From NCBI GenBank assembly GCA_035221665.1, contig CM069155.1:30256001-30320000 (forward strand): a stretch of DNA of 64,000 nucleotides. The letters are read 5' to 3'. This document shows, piece after piece, positions 1 through 12,621 of the stretch (position 1 is the stretch's first letter; each line of letters begins with the position of its first letter). The notes beneath the pieces are model-generated. The model was not told the origin of the DNA and ran no database searches. It saw nothing but the letters and a program-made list of their open reading frames with translations. The translations under genes were made by a program, and so were the position numbers. This stretch comes from Okamejei kenojei (lineage: Eukaryota).

Positions 1-524
1 AGGGAGCAAATTACATGAAAGTTCCATCTGATGTTGATGATGATGGCCAGAGGAAAAGTCAATAAAACCTGAGGGATTTAGAGCAGAGGAAATCTGGCGT
101 AAGAAGCATAACATTCATTTGCAAAAGAAAATACACAAATATTAGAAAGGAACCAAGAATGGTTCTTGCTCAGAATGGTGCAGAAATTGTGTGTCTGTCA
201 GCAGACCATGTGCTGACTGTACTGCGATAAAGACAGACGTGGAGAAGCAGACCACTTCAAAGAATATAGAGATATTAAGAGTGATACAAAAAATTGTTTG
301 ATTTTGACCAACGCTGTAGTATGTATTGACATCCCATACACCCCCATCATTGCTTCCCTTGACCTTTCCACTGTCCCTATTCCGTCTGGGAGTAAAAACA
401 TGGAGATCAACATAATTTAAATTATGCTACTTTGAGGAGTACATAAATAAGAACTGGGGTTGGTAGTTTACAAATTAGTGAAATTGTCAGGGCAAACTTG
501 AGAAACAAAATGGATGGTTAAATG

Positions 525-655
525 GAGACACGAAGAACTGTTGATGCTGATTTACAAATAAAGTACAACGTTTTGCAGTATTCAGCGGGTCAAGCAGCAC
601 CTCTGGAGAACATGGATAATCAATGTTTTGGGTAGGGAATCTTCTTTAGGCTAAT
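525..655 (-). repeat. Degraded Penelope-like element terminal repeat (pLTR) fragment
   Basis: Diverged match to the repeat seen nearly intact at 55693-55830 (gaactg..gatgctg..cagcgggtcaagcagcacctctggaga..). Confidence 0.5.
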
Positions 656-749
656 TTTAGTAGGGGGAGCTAATTGTAAATGTAGTGTCATGCGCACAGA
701 AGTAGACTCATAGGCCAATGATTATCCGTGCTGACCATCGAACATTTTA

Positions 750-950
750 TTACCCCACCTTCCCATTAACTTTTGCCAAATGTTACCAATTAACTGCCCA
801 CAAGGGTCAATTTACATTGGCCTCACAACCCGCACATCTTTTGGATGTGTGAGAAAACCGCCGCACCTGGAGGAAACCTGCTGGTTTCCAAAGAGAACTT
901 GCAAACTCAATAGAGACAGCATCGGAGTTGTTGATGCTGTCAGCTAGCGA
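750..950 (-). mobile_element. Degraded HE1/V-SINE-type element
   Basis: caatttaca..catcttttggatgtgtgagaaaaccg..gaggaaacc..gcaaactc..agacagca matches the reverse of the SINE at 61763-62075. Confidence 0.5.
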
Positions 951-1096
951 TTGAATGACAATCTTTTGTGATATAATATTCTGTGTTTTTAATCTAGAAA
1001 TCCCTGCAGAATGTGTTTGTGGTGAAACGCCTGCATTTATCTAACACATCTAAAATGTGTTCTGAATATTCAGCCTTTTGAACCCTGATTTCTGTT

Positions 1097-1208
1097 TTAA
1101 TTCTTAACTGTCTTGTGACCATGGTATGCCAATCCAGTTAATTCTTAACTGTCTTGTGACCATGTAGTTGTAAAGGGGTCTCCACATGCAGACCCCTTTA
1201 CAACTACA
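1097..1208. repeat. 27-bp direct repeat overlapping the start of a perfect 19-bp hairpin
   Basis: ttaattcttaactgtcttgtgaccatg at 1097-1123 and 1138-1164; tgtagttgtaaaggggtct (1163-1181) / agacccctttacaactaca (1190-1208), 8-nt loop. Confidence 0.9.
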
Positions 1209-1392
1209 AAATGCCTCATTTTAAGAAGAAACCATCAATCAAAATCAAACTTATTATTGAAAACATTCTTTGGGGATTTTATAAGATAAATGGCAAGAGT
1301 TGAGTTTCCCCAAGACTTCTAATTATACCAATTGCAGCATCTTAAATGTAACTTGAACTAGAATTGCCAGCACTTCCTTACTTTGCTCATAT

Positions 1393-2125
1393 AACCATAT
1401 AACCATATAACCATATAACAATTACAGCATGGAAACAGGCCCTCTCGGCCCTTCCAGTCCGTGCCGACCATTTGTTTTCCCCTAGTCCCATCTACCTGCA
1501 CTCAGACCATATCCCTCCATTCCCTTCACGTCCATATACCTATCCACTTTACTCTTAAATGTTAAAATCGATCCTGCCTCCACCACTTCTGCTGGAAGCT
1601 GATTCCACACAGCCACCACCCTCTGAGTAAAGAAGTTCCCCCTCACGTTACCCCCACCGAAACCTCTGTCCCTTAATTCTCATGTCATGCCCTCTTTGTT
1701 TGAATCTTCCCTACCCTCAATGGGAAAAAACGTATGCACGTCAACTCTGTCTATCCCTTTCATCATTTTAAAGACCTCAATCAAGTCCCCCCTTAACCTT
1801 CTGCGCTCCAAAGAATAAAGACCTAACTTGTTCAACCTTTCTCTGTAACATAGTTGCTGGAACCCTGGCAACATTCTAGTAAATCTCTCTGTACTCTCTC
1901 TATTTTGTTGACATCCTTCCTATAACTAGGCGACCAAAATTGTACACCATACTCCAGAATTGGTCTTACCAATGCCTTGTACAATTTTAACATTACTTCC
2001 CTACTCCTATATTCAATGCTCTGATTTATAAAGGCCAGCACACCAAAGGCTTTCTTTACCACCCTATCTACATGCGATTCCACCTTCAGGGAACTATGCA
2101 CAGTTATTCCTAGATCCCTCTGTTC
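1393..2125 (-). mobile_element. 5'-truncated CR1-clade (HER1-like) LINE: ORF2 C-terminus, 3'UTR and tandem tail
   Basis: ORFs 1832-2128 and 1680-1874 contain CR1 motifs LYKALVRPILEYGVQFWSP and LGLYSLERRRLRGDLIEVFK; (ATATGGTT)n tail at about 1390-1418; CATAT repeated on both flanks (1388-1392, 2126-2130). Confidence 0.92.
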
Positions 2126-2974
2126 CATATGAGACTCCCGTCATTGATATTGTGTGCTAAACCGGTACGTTGTATATGGGCATCATATGCTCTGTAGAAC
2201 AGTTAAATGATGTCACCATTTTTTTTCCAGGCTTCTGCTATAAAGCAGATGCTGCTCAGAAAAAAATATTAAGCAGTAGACTTCCAACTAGCCACTCGAG
2301 TGTAAGATGCCTGAGCTAAATCATCCATTAACAAATCCTATTATATTCAAATTCTAATTCATTGAACCTGAAGGTGCAGCCAGCATTATTTACTCAAGCT
2401 GTTCAAGCAATGTTGGGTTGCAATTGTTTTCTCTGCCAGCATTCATTGACAGGGCATTTCATCCAAGAAACCCAGGAAGGCTAAGGAAAGGAAACTCATG
2501 TTTATCTATATAAAATTCCTTGAATCCATCTGATTTCCTCACTAGCCACCCAGCAAGTGTTCTAGCGATAAAAGCAAATTGCACAACAGCTACAAGGTGG
2601 AACTTGGAAACCCTTGATACATAAAGATGATTAGGCGAGAGTACATCAGTTTATCATAAATTGAGTCATGCTTAATTAAAAAAAAAAGATTTTCTACTCC
2701 AATCTATGATTTTTTTTTTTAGCCTTATTGAAAATATTGTAATAAAATGAAAACTTGAATTGATTGATTCCCACAATCAACAGATCTTCTTTCAGTTGTA
2801 AAGCACTGTTTATGTTGTGTGTGAAATCAGGGTCCACAGAATGTGTGATCATGAGGGTTTGTTAATTTAGGGGGTAATTGAAGACCAAAAAATTCAAGAC
2901 ATGCTTGTCTTTATACCTAGCATTATTCAAACTTCTCAAGGTGGGTGTCGTACGTGTAAAACCTTGTTTCAAGG

Positions 2975-3535
2975 GCTGCCATCGAATCTTCTGTACATTG
3001 GCAAACCAAGCAAAGTTTTGGTTACCATTTCGCTGAACACCAAGGCCAACTGGATAATAACCATTTTAATCGCTTCCTGTTCCCATTGTGAGTTTTCCAT
3101 CCTGAGCCTCCTCCATTGCCAGAGTGAGGCCACAGGCAAATTGGAGGAACAGCACCTCATATTTTGCCTGAGCAGCTTAACAACCCAGCGGTATGAACGT
3201 TGAATTCTCTAATTTTAGGCTACTTTGACAAACGCTCCCTTCCACTCACCCCTTCCTTCCGCGTTGCCACCATTCCTCTACTGAAAGGCGTTAATCTGTA
3301 CCACAGTTCACAATGATGTATCCCTCTTGGGATCATACTATCCCTAGCTTACAATCAGCCATTGGGGAACCTCCCTGCCATCCCTGATTTGCCCTGGTTC
3401 TTGCTTCCAGATCTCACCCCCTCCCCCACCTACAATCAGCCTGAAGAAGAGTCCCAACCTGAAAAGTCACCCATCCGTTTTTTCCAGAGATGCCGCCTGA
3501 ACCGCTGAGGTACTCCAGCATTTTGTGTCCATCTT
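2975..3535 (+). mobile_element. Penelope-like element 3' fragment (GIY-YIG C-terminus + pLTR)
   Basis: LLHCQSEATGKLEEQHLIF is nearly identical to the C-terminus of the element at 55693-57575; followed by the same terminal repeat with a degenerate hammerhead core (ctgaagaagagtcccaacctgaaaagtc). Confidence 0.8.
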
Positions 3536-5087
3536 TCTGCCAAAGAATCATTCTGGTCACTAATTATAGCAATATTGTGAATAGATACTTTAACAGCATT
3601 GTTACATGCAGCATCCAGCACCAGGATATAAAAACTCTAAAGTCGAACAGATCCCTACAGTGCCATTTCCATCTGGTGCATTAATTTTTAAACTCTTCTC
3701 CATATAAGATGATAATTTGTCTAATTTTAGTGTGTTTTTTTTTGCCATATTGAATAGCTCAGGATGGTAAGGAGACAGTTAACTCTACAGCAAGGCACAC
3801 ATTGAAATGCACCTATGCAACAGCAGTCTCTTGCTCCTTGAAGACATCAGCTGTTTGGCCATTTGCAATTAGGTTAATATAAGTACTCCTTAGAGCCCCA
3901 CAGACACGCACACAGACACATACACACGACACACAATTACCTTGCAGCTAATGTCTAACTATCACATGGCAACTGGCCAAGTCATGCAAGCAGCAAGTAA
4001 ATCTCAGTTCAGGGAGCACAGTAATTAGATTAAAACAGATTCATGCACAAAACAATACACTAATTCCAGCCACAGCAATCTGGCTGGATAGCAGTGAGAT
4101 CAACAGATCAACGATGGAGAGCTTTCTTCCTTGTTTGGCAGAACTGATTAACTAAATTATCACAATATTCCAATTAAATGCCATCTGCCTAATCTATTTG
4201 GAATTCTAAAGAAATAGAGAAATAGTTACCTGAACTAAAGTGCATAAGAAATTTGTGACAAGGAGCTGGCCATTCACTCTGATCTTTTGGTGTTGCTTAG
4301 GCCTGTTCGCTTCAGCTACCAAAAATATAATGATTAATGAAAATGAACCTGAAAAAAAACCAGTTGCGGTTCAGGGGAACTGCAGTGCAAAATTCACACC
4401 CACCCTTCCCGAACAACATCACAAGCTAATGTAAAGCACATCCATGCATAATCTATCTGGAATAGGGTGATATTCTCTGGAGAAGTTTACCTGAAGATAA
4501 TGCAGAATGGAGATTCAGGATTTTTACTCTCTCTAAATTAAATTTTCACTGATAAACTTTCAATTCTTAATGAAATCATGCTTTGCACTTGAGATAACTT
4601 ACCAACTTTGTTTATTCACTGTTCAGAGATATTAAGCTAAACCCATATTTGTAGTGCATGAATAAATATTTAAGTTAAGTACTTGCCCATGGCGAAACCT
4701 TGCTAGTTTTATAAATACTTTAGAACAGGAAAATAACGCCTTGAGGTTCTGTGAAATGGCCACCATTTTCAATGGTTCTTTAATATCACATTTACCAAGG
4801 TACGGTGAAATTTGTTTTTTTGCTTACAGTTTAGTAAGATTATTGCCATATATAAGTCCACACCCAAGTTAAGTACAGAATGTATAGAAACAGCCCACTG
4901 AATCCATATGCAAGAGTCACAAGGTTTCAAAGTCCCAGCTGCAGCTGGCATTAAGGTCTGAAGCGGCCATCGCCTCCATCCGGATTGTCCAGTGAACCAT
5001 CGTCCTTCTCCTCGCCCGGCCACCTTCAGCCATCATGCCCTGGGTGCACCTGCAGCCGGCCTTGAGGGCTCGGAAGGCAAGACCCCC

Positions 5088-5216
5088 GTGTGTAGGAACG
5101 AACTGTAGATGCTGGTTTAAACCGAAGATAGACACAAAATGCTGGAGTATCTCAGCGGGACAGGCAGCATCTTGGGAGAGATGGAATGGGTGACATTTCG
5201 GGTCGAGACCCTTCTT
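5088..5216 (-). mobile_element. Penelope pLTR-derived short repeat
   Basis: Close match to the pLTR family (gatgctggtttaaaccgaagatagacacaaaatgctggag..tttcgggtcgagacccttctt). Confidence 0.8.
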
Positions 5217-6019
5217 ATTACCGGCCCTTTGTTCTAGTGTCCGCTGCCATTGCCTACTCCCTTCATCCTCCTCTCCGGTTCCCAGTCCTCGGGGACAAGC
5301 AAGATCGGGCTCGCCAGCTTCCCGCTCCAGGCGGGATTCCCGGTTCCACGGCCAGCATTTCTGAGGCTGCAGTGAAGAAATGTAACACTTTGTTTTTCAC
5401 GGCTAATTTGACATCACAGTGTTTGAGAAAGGTTTAGTCTTTTGCATTCAATCAAAAAATGTCAAAACATGGCTTACTTTGCCACTAATTTATATACAAG
5501 CTGAACACATTGAAATCACTCCAGTGCAGCAGTGTTTCAGTGGTTACCCATGGTGCAATCAACTGAGGGAGTGAAAAGCTTTCTTGGAGCATCTGATTTT
5601 TAATACGCTACTATTGAGGCAGGATTATATAATTGCTGAGTCTTTCTCGTTGGTATTTCCATGTTTCCCAGTCATGATTGTTGACCTCCGTGCAGAACAT
5701 TTCTGGGTGAAGAGTGATTTAAGTGACCAATGTAAATAAATATGCTGAAATAGGGAATTTGCCATGCTATTTTCAGGTGATTGAGGGATGGAATCCTTGT
5801 CAACACCCAAAGAAAAATAGGCAGTCTATTGGATACTATAATGTTGCTAACTGCTGAGCTTTAACAGCTTTTTAAAAATAAATTATTGTGAGTCTTGTTT
5901 ATTTACTAATTTGAGTGAATCAGAAAATGATCTCTTCAAATCCACAAATACTGTGAACATGTCCAAGACTGCAGTTACTTTAATTGGTGCATTGACTTAT
6001 CTGAATCATTGCACTTGTA

Positions 6020-6160
6020 CTCTCCCTCTCTCCCTCCGTATACTCTCCCTCTCCTCGGAATCTCCCTCTCCCTTCTATCCCTTCTCTCCTCTTCTCTCTC
6101 TATGCTCTCTCTCTCTTCCTCGTCTCTCTCTCTCTCTCTCTCTCTTTTTTTTCTCTGTTT
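6020..6160. repeat. (TC)n-rich microsatellite
   Basis: Visible TC dinucleotide tract. Confidence 0.9.
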
Positions 6161-6164
6161 TTCT

Positions 6165-6510
6165 ATGTTTCCCAAAAACTTTAATTAAACAATCATATAA
6201 TACAAACACATCAAACCATAATATAGCACTATATAAAAAAACATGATTAGTACAACAATACAATCATTGTTCACAATACTCTGAACACCCACGCGGTGAC
6301 CAGCGCCCCCACAGGAAGGCCTCCAGAGTCCCCGTGGACACCCGCTTGTTCCCGCTCCAGGGACACACGTGCACCGACGTAGGCCCGGAAAAGGGTCAGG
6401 CAGCAGCCGACTCTAGCCTGCCATCACGACCCGCCCGCCTCTGCCTGGACCACGAATGGCCCATCTTGGCCAGGCCCCAGGAGCAAACCGACAGGGAAGT
6501 TCCCCCCCCC
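6165..6510 (-). mobile_element. 3' fragment of a Tx1-clade (L1-like) non-LTR retrotransposon
   Basis: Frameshifted minus-strand translation VGLLLG-LAKM..SRQR..CLTLFRAYVGARVSLEREQA-VSTGTLEAF resembles Tx1 ORF2 C-termini as I recall them; short 3'UTR runs into an A/GA-rich tail. Confidence 0.7.
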
Positions 6511-6697
6511 CCACTCACGGCTCTACCCCACTCCCTGCCTTGTGTCCGAACACAGACAATCGTGGGACCTAAAATGCAACAGAACTTGAGGAACAACCCC
6601 TTAGATATTGGTACAGGGGCAGTAACCTCTCACACTCATATACACGTGAACACGGTCTCTTGCTCGCACGCAGAAAACACACATGCGGCAGACGAGC

Positions 6698-6735
<38 letters not shown>

Positions 6736-6859
6736 GAGGGGGGGGGGGAACCTGACTCAAAAGTTCATTACATACCACCGCTCTGTAATGGTCCCCAATC
6801 AAAGGGTATCAGACAACTCGCTTATAAGAAGGACCCCATCTTTAAACAGACACGCTGCG

Positions 6860-8990
6860 CTGCTCTCTGTCTTCTCTCGCTCTCTTTCTGTCTGTCTGTC
6901 CTGTATCATCTCTCTTGCTGTCTGTCTTGTCTAGGCTGTTCTGTCTGTCTCTCTCTCTGTCGTCTACGTCTCTCGCCTGCCACTCTCTACCAACTAAAAG
7001 CGGTCGTCTGCGACTGCGTCTCTCTCTGTGCCTCAGCCCCCCGCTCTGTCCCCCCGCGCTGGTGCCCCCGCTCCCCCGCATCCCCCCTCTCTGTGCCTCT
7101 CTGTCAGTGCCCCCTCTCTGCCCGCTCTCTGTTACCCCCCTCTCTGTGCTCTCTTCATGTGCCCCCCTCTCTCTGCCACCCCTCTGCCCCCCTCGGACTC
7201 TGACCCCCTCTCTCTTCTCTGTCTGTCTCTGTCTGTCTGTCTCACTGCTGTCTCTCTCTCTCATCTGTCTGTCTGTGTGTCTCTCTCTCGTCCCCCTCTT
7301 CTGCCCTCTGGTCTCTCTCTGGCCTCCCTCTCTCTGTCTCATCTGTGAATAATCTCTCTGCCCCCCGCTCTGAGATCCTCTGTGCTCCCCCTCTCTGTGC
7401 CCCATTGTGCCCCCCCTCTCTTGTGCCCCCCTCTCTGTGCCCCCCTCATCTGTCCCACCCTCTCTGTGCCCCCCTCTCTGTCCCCCCTCTCTGTGCCCCC
7501 CTCTCCCCCCCGTCTCTCTGCCCCCCGCTCTCTGCTGCTATCCCCCTCTCTCTGCCCCCCTGTCCTGGCCCCCCCTCTCTCTCTGCCCCCCTCTCCTGCC
7601 CCCCTCATCTCTGACACGCCCCCCTCTCTCTCCTCTCTGCGCCCCCTAGGATGCCATCCCTCTCTCTGACCCCTCTCTCTGACCCCCTCTCCTGCATCTC
7701 TCTCTCTCTGCCCCCCTCTCTCTGCCCCAAAATCCCTCTCTCTGCCACCCTCTCTCTGCCACCCCTCTCCCCCCCCCTCTCTCTGACTGCCCCCCTCTCT
7801 CTGCCTCTGCCCCCCTCTCTCTAGCCCCCCCTCTCTCTGCCCCCCTCTCTCTGCCCCCCTCTCTCTGCCCCCCTCTCTCTGCCCCCCCCTCTCTCTGCCC
7901 CCTCTCTCTCTGCCCCCCTCATCTCTGCCCCCTCTCTCTGCCCCCCCTCTCTCTGCCCCTCTCATCTGCACCCTCTCTCATTTCTCTGCCCCCCTCTCTC
8001 TGCCCCCTCTCTCTGCCCCCCTCTACTCTGCTCTCTCTGCTCCCCACTCTCACCCCTCTCTCTTGCCCCCCCTCTCTCTGCCCCCCTCTCTCTGCCCCCC
8101 TCTCTCTGCCCCCCTCTCTCTGCCCCCCCTCTCTCTGCCCCCCTCTCTCTGCCCCCGCTCCTCTCTGCCCCCCTCTCTCTGCCCCCCTCTCTCTGCCCCC
8201 CTCTCGCTGCCCCCCTCTCTCTCTTGCCCCCCTCTGCTCTGCCCCCCTCCTCTGCCTCCCCTCTCTCTGCTCTTGCCCCCCTCTCTCTGCCCCCGCTCTC
8301 TCCTGCCCCCTCAGCCTCTCCGCCCCCCTCTCTCGCCCCCCCTCTTCTGCCCCCCTCTCTCATGTCTCTCTTCACCCCCTCCTCTCTACTCTCCTGTCTC
8401 GTTCTCTCTGCCCCCCTCTCTCTGCCCCCCTCTCTCTGGGGGCAGAAGACAGCGCGACCTGAACTGGCCCCCCCTCCTCTCTGAAATTCTCTGCCCCCCT
8501 CTCTCTGCCCCCTTGCCCCCCTCTCTCTGCCCCCTCATAGTATAGGCGACGAGCCCCTCTCTCTGGCCCCCCCTAGTGCTATCCCGAGAAGAGAGCCGCG
8601 CTGGCATATGCATTGACCCCCGCTCTCGTCCTGTCTCCATCTTCTCTGGTCTGTCTGTCTCTCTCTCTGTCTCGCTCTGCTCTCGCTCTCCGCTCTCTGC
8701 CCCCTCTCTCTGCCCTGACCCCCTCTAACTCTGCCCCCCTCTCTCTGGCCCCCTCTCTCTGCCCCCTCTCTCTGCCACCCCTCCTCTATGCACCCCATCT
8801 CTCTGCCACCCACCTCTCTCTGCCCCCTCTCTCTGCCCCCCTCATCTCTGCCCCCTCTCTCTCTGCCATCTCTCCTCTCTGCCTTCTCACTCTCTGCCTC
8901 TCTCTCTCTGTATTCTCTATCTGCCTCTCTCTCTACCTCTATCACTTCTTTCCTGCCTCTCGTACTCTGTCTCGTTCTATTGTGTCTCTC
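6860..8990. repeat. About 2.1-kb pyrimidine-strand minisatellite, unit approx. CTCTCTCTGCCCCC
   Basis: Many degenerate 13-16 nt units; strong purine/pyrimidine strand asymmetry. Confidence 0.95.
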
Positions 8991-9539
8991 TAACAGTAAC
9001 CCCCTGTACTTTAATTTGAAAATCAGGGCTTTGTGTCCCGGAACCCGTTATATTCATTGTGCAAACCATTTCTGTGCATTGTTTGCTCTTTAGACTGATT
9101 TTAGGCAGAAAGCTTTCAAATGTCTAATAGTTGGCACTGACTTTCTTTGGCTGCATGCACATTTGTAAATGTACCCAGCAGTCCACGTGCATTTGTCCAC
9201 CCGTACTTGGAAATGACAGCACCCCTTATTTGGGATATTTTTGTTTTACTTTGGGTAAAGTCTAGATTTTTATAAATGTTTCCATTGACAGGGCTGCTTT
9301 GTGAGGCTCAATGTGCTGCACTGTTTCCTTTAACAAGTAATGGACCAGATGTATAAGGGATGTGAAGTAAGGAATTCCCTTTGAGATCATTACCTCTCTA
9401 GGAAATTATTTGAGGTCATGTTCAACATTAAAATGCCGAACATTTAAGTGTAAGTTGTTACATGTAAGGAAGACTTGCATTTGTTCAGTGTTTTTCCACA
9501 ACCTCTTTAAAGGCAACGCCAGTTTGTACAATGTAAGTT

Positions 9540-9790
9540 GTTACAAGTAGCAATTAAATAAGTGTCCAAACATTTTGAGCATTATTTTGGGAGAGGATCA
9601 ATTTTGGGTCGATACTGAGGGAACTTGCTCTATCTTCAGATAGCTTGTAATATGGGATTTTTACATCAACTAAAAGGACAAATGGGTTCTGATCTTCCTT
9701 AAATCATAGCTCCTCTGTTGCGGCAATTCCTCAGTATTCCATTAGAATGTCAGCCTAGATTTCAGGACTTGTATGCCCAACCTAGTGACT
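9540..9790 (-). mobile_element. Degraded Deu-domain (SacSINE1/AmnSINE-like) SINE
   Basis: Reverse of the element at 44685-44995 (atgggatttttacatc.., tcctcagtattccattagaatgtcagcctagatt). Confidence 0.45.
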
Positions 9791-9977
9791 TAGACAGAAG
9801 CTTCGTAAACCATCCTCACATTGAGGATAAATTTAAAAGTTCAATTGTTGGAGATCTTTTTTAAAAAGAAGTAAAAACCGGGAAATACATTGCAGATCAG
9901 TCATTGAACAAGGAAGGCAAGTGAAGATTTTTTTTCCAAATTGTTATCTTTGTTGTACTTTATAACTGTCTGTGAAT

Positions 9978-10320
9978 TCATAAATGATCGGAGTAGAATT
10001 GGGCCTTTTGGCCCATCAAGTCCTCCCCACCATTCAATCATGGCTGATCTATCTCTCCCTCTCAATGCCACTCTCCTGCCTTCTCCCCATAGCCCCTGAC
10101 ACCTGTACTAAACTAGAATCTATCTCTGCCTTAAAAATCTCTATTGACCTGGCCTCCACAGCCTTCTGTGGTAATGAATTCCACAGAGTCACCACCCTCT
10201 GACTAAAGAAATTCCTCCTCGTCTGTTTCCTAAAGGAATGTCCTTTTTATTCTGAGACTATGAGCTCTGGTCCTAGATTCCCCCACTAGTGGAAACATAC
10301 TCTCCACATCCACTCTATCC
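9978..10320 (-). mobile_element. CR1-clade LINE 3' end fragment
   Basis: ggagtagaattgggccttttggcccatc..ttcaatcatggctgatct..gaattccacagagtcaccaccctctgactaaagaaattcctcctc; similar to 27050-27255. Confidence 0.75.
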
Positions 10321-11202
10321 AGTACTGGTGTTATTTGTATTTAAAGTAGCACAACTCAGAACAAGAAAAAGTTGCATACATAATGTAATGAAGAGTCAAG
10401 TGTGTTTATTAATATATAAAGAGCTAATGGTCTTTAGGAATTGAGTGAAATGCTTTTTATTTATTCTTCCCTACTCCTTATACAAACCATTGATTATTAG
10501 AACGGCTTTAGGTGTGACTAGTTGCAGATATGCCTGTGGTTTGGTGTTCTTATTGGCCTCTCCTGCTCATCTAAGGCTATTCAAAATAATTGCACTACTT
10601 CAGAAGCTTCATGTAAGAAGAGTGACATTTTTAATGCTTTTTTGGATGTTTATATAATGCATTACAGCATGAAAATTGATGTGGCACCTGAGTGCTCTAA
10701 AATATTGAAGTGCAGAACATGAAATGAATGATTTAATTATTAACTAGATTGAATGCAGACATTTGCCTAGTGTCTCGTGTGCACATGTTCTCCTTATGAA
10801 ACCAGGTTTGTTTTTAGTGAAGGGGTTCTATTGGCTTTGATGTGGCTTTTTTGCAAACACATTGAATTTCACCTGTTTAAAACATTACCCGTTGATGCAA
10901 ACCTTTTGATTCATGTATTGAAGTGAAGCCAAAAAGCTGGAAATTGCAGAAATAGCAATTTTTGAGGACTGGGGTATTTATGCTCGGTTGCCCACAACCA
11001 TTTGAACACTGTTGCACATGAGAGGTCCTTTGTGTTGATTGTAATTTAGTAATTGGATTGGTAGTTGCTGGAGGCCGTCAAATGTATTATCTTTCCGTTA
11101 TGTGTTTCATGCCAGCTTTGTCTTTGGAACTGTAAAACCATAGCCTGACCAGCACTTAGCAAACTATCAGGGCACGGTCCATAAGAACCTGAAGCAGTGA
11201 AG

Positions 11203-11420
11203 TGATAGACATAAAATGCTGGAGTAACTCAGCGGCATAGGCAGCATCTCAGGAGAGAAGGAATACATGATGTTTCGGGTCGAGACCCTTCTTCAGACCC
11301 GTCTTGACATGAAACGTCATCCATTCCTTCTCTCCAGAGATGCTGCCTGTCCCGCTGAGTACTCCAGCACTTTGTGTTTATCTTTGGTGTAAACCAGCAT
11401 CTGCAGTTCCTTCCTACACA
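11203..11420. mobile_element. Inverted pair of Penelope pLTR repeats (palindromic insertion)
   Basis: Minus copy 11203-11298 abuts plus copy 11300-11420; flanks gcagtgaagtgat / gcagtggggtgat look like a diverged TSD. Confidence 0.85.
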
Positions 11421-12275
11421 GCAGTGGGGTGATGCTTTGTTAATGACTGCCAGACTATTTCCCCACCACCTTATTTAGCAAAGTGTGTTTTCTCTGTCAC
11501 ATGCCTTTCCAGTGCCCAAGCTGAACTGATTTCATAATTTGAACATAGGCTGAATATACATGTTCATTGCTGAAACCTATCCATGTGTCATCTCTGCAGC
11601 AGTGACCTATACAATGTGTTTCATACAGGAGTGGCCACCACTTCACATGCTTCAGCTCGTGAAGAATCCTCTTCAAATCTTCTTATGCCTTCCCAGTCTT
11701 GTCAGTTAACTTTGCTTCTGATTCCACTTCTTTAATTCTCTTCTTTACTTTCTGGAGCCTTTATGAAGTCGCCTCCAGCCATAAATCCTAACCCATTATT
11801 TTCACTTAATGTGCAACTATTGTTCAATAATCACCCATTGCTTTCATTGAATTACCTTATTCTGATTGGATCCCATTGTTGCAAATTGTTCACATTCTTG
11901 TTGGCTGATATGAAATTGTGTGCGCATGTAGTCATCTGTTATTGACCTGTCTGGAATGCTGATGTGTTGTAGTGAAATGAGCTAAACATACTGAACGGTT
12001 GTCCTATGGCCTTATAGTGGTGGGGATTTCTAGGAAAGGCTCTCAGTTATTTTTAGAAATGTCTATAGGAATGAGGTTCCTGCACTAAGAGCAGCAGAAA
12101 TGGACGAATCGGACAACACAGTTGCCTATTGATGCTCTTCCACTTTTGTACGCACGCAAGAAGTAAATTCAGGCATTTATTGTGTCAAGGCCGTTAGAAT
12201 TGTATGTATCTATCGGTGGTAGTGGCACGTCATTAAATTACCATAATCTAGGCATCTTGCACCAATGTTCCAGAT

Positions 12276-12621
12276 TTAACTGGGAAGTTTAGAAATGTTG
12301 ACCACGAAATCAACAAGTTGCCAGTATTGCTTCAATAGCACTGATGAGTTTGGCACAATTCCCCTCACACATTCATGATTAAAACTTGCTTCTGGCACTG
12401 TAAAACCAATGCGTTTCAAACAATTCAAATCCTGAACAAGGGCTACGAACCTGTTCCACATCATAACTGACATAGTCTTTGTATTATGACCATGGTTCAA
12501 ATAATATGGTGGACTATTTATCTTGCTGAAGAATAGCACGAGTTTGCACAATTGCTTAAAAATTGAGATCACAGATTTTCTATCCCCCCCAAAAAGTGGA
12601 GGAGGTTCACATTGGTCTGAA
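12276..12621 (-). CDS. Candidate terminal coding exon of an unidentified small gene
   Basis: Acceptor tacttacag at 12630-12622, 114 open codons to a stop at 12276, AATAAA at 12181-12176; frame-compatible with the upstream candidate exon. Confidence 0.35.

Noticed and set aside
1163-1208. pre-miRNA
   Set aside because: A 19-bp perfect stem is shorter than a typical Drosha substrate and matches no miRNA I recognise.
6610-9008. gtacagggg / cccctgtac inverted 9-mer as TIRs of a DNA transposon
   Set aside because: Too short; similarity does not extend inward.
6334-9093. Many long ORFs (up to 289 aa) rich in P/L/S/C or G/R/E
   Set aside because: They arise from stop-poor low-complexity CT/GA repeats, open in several frames at once.
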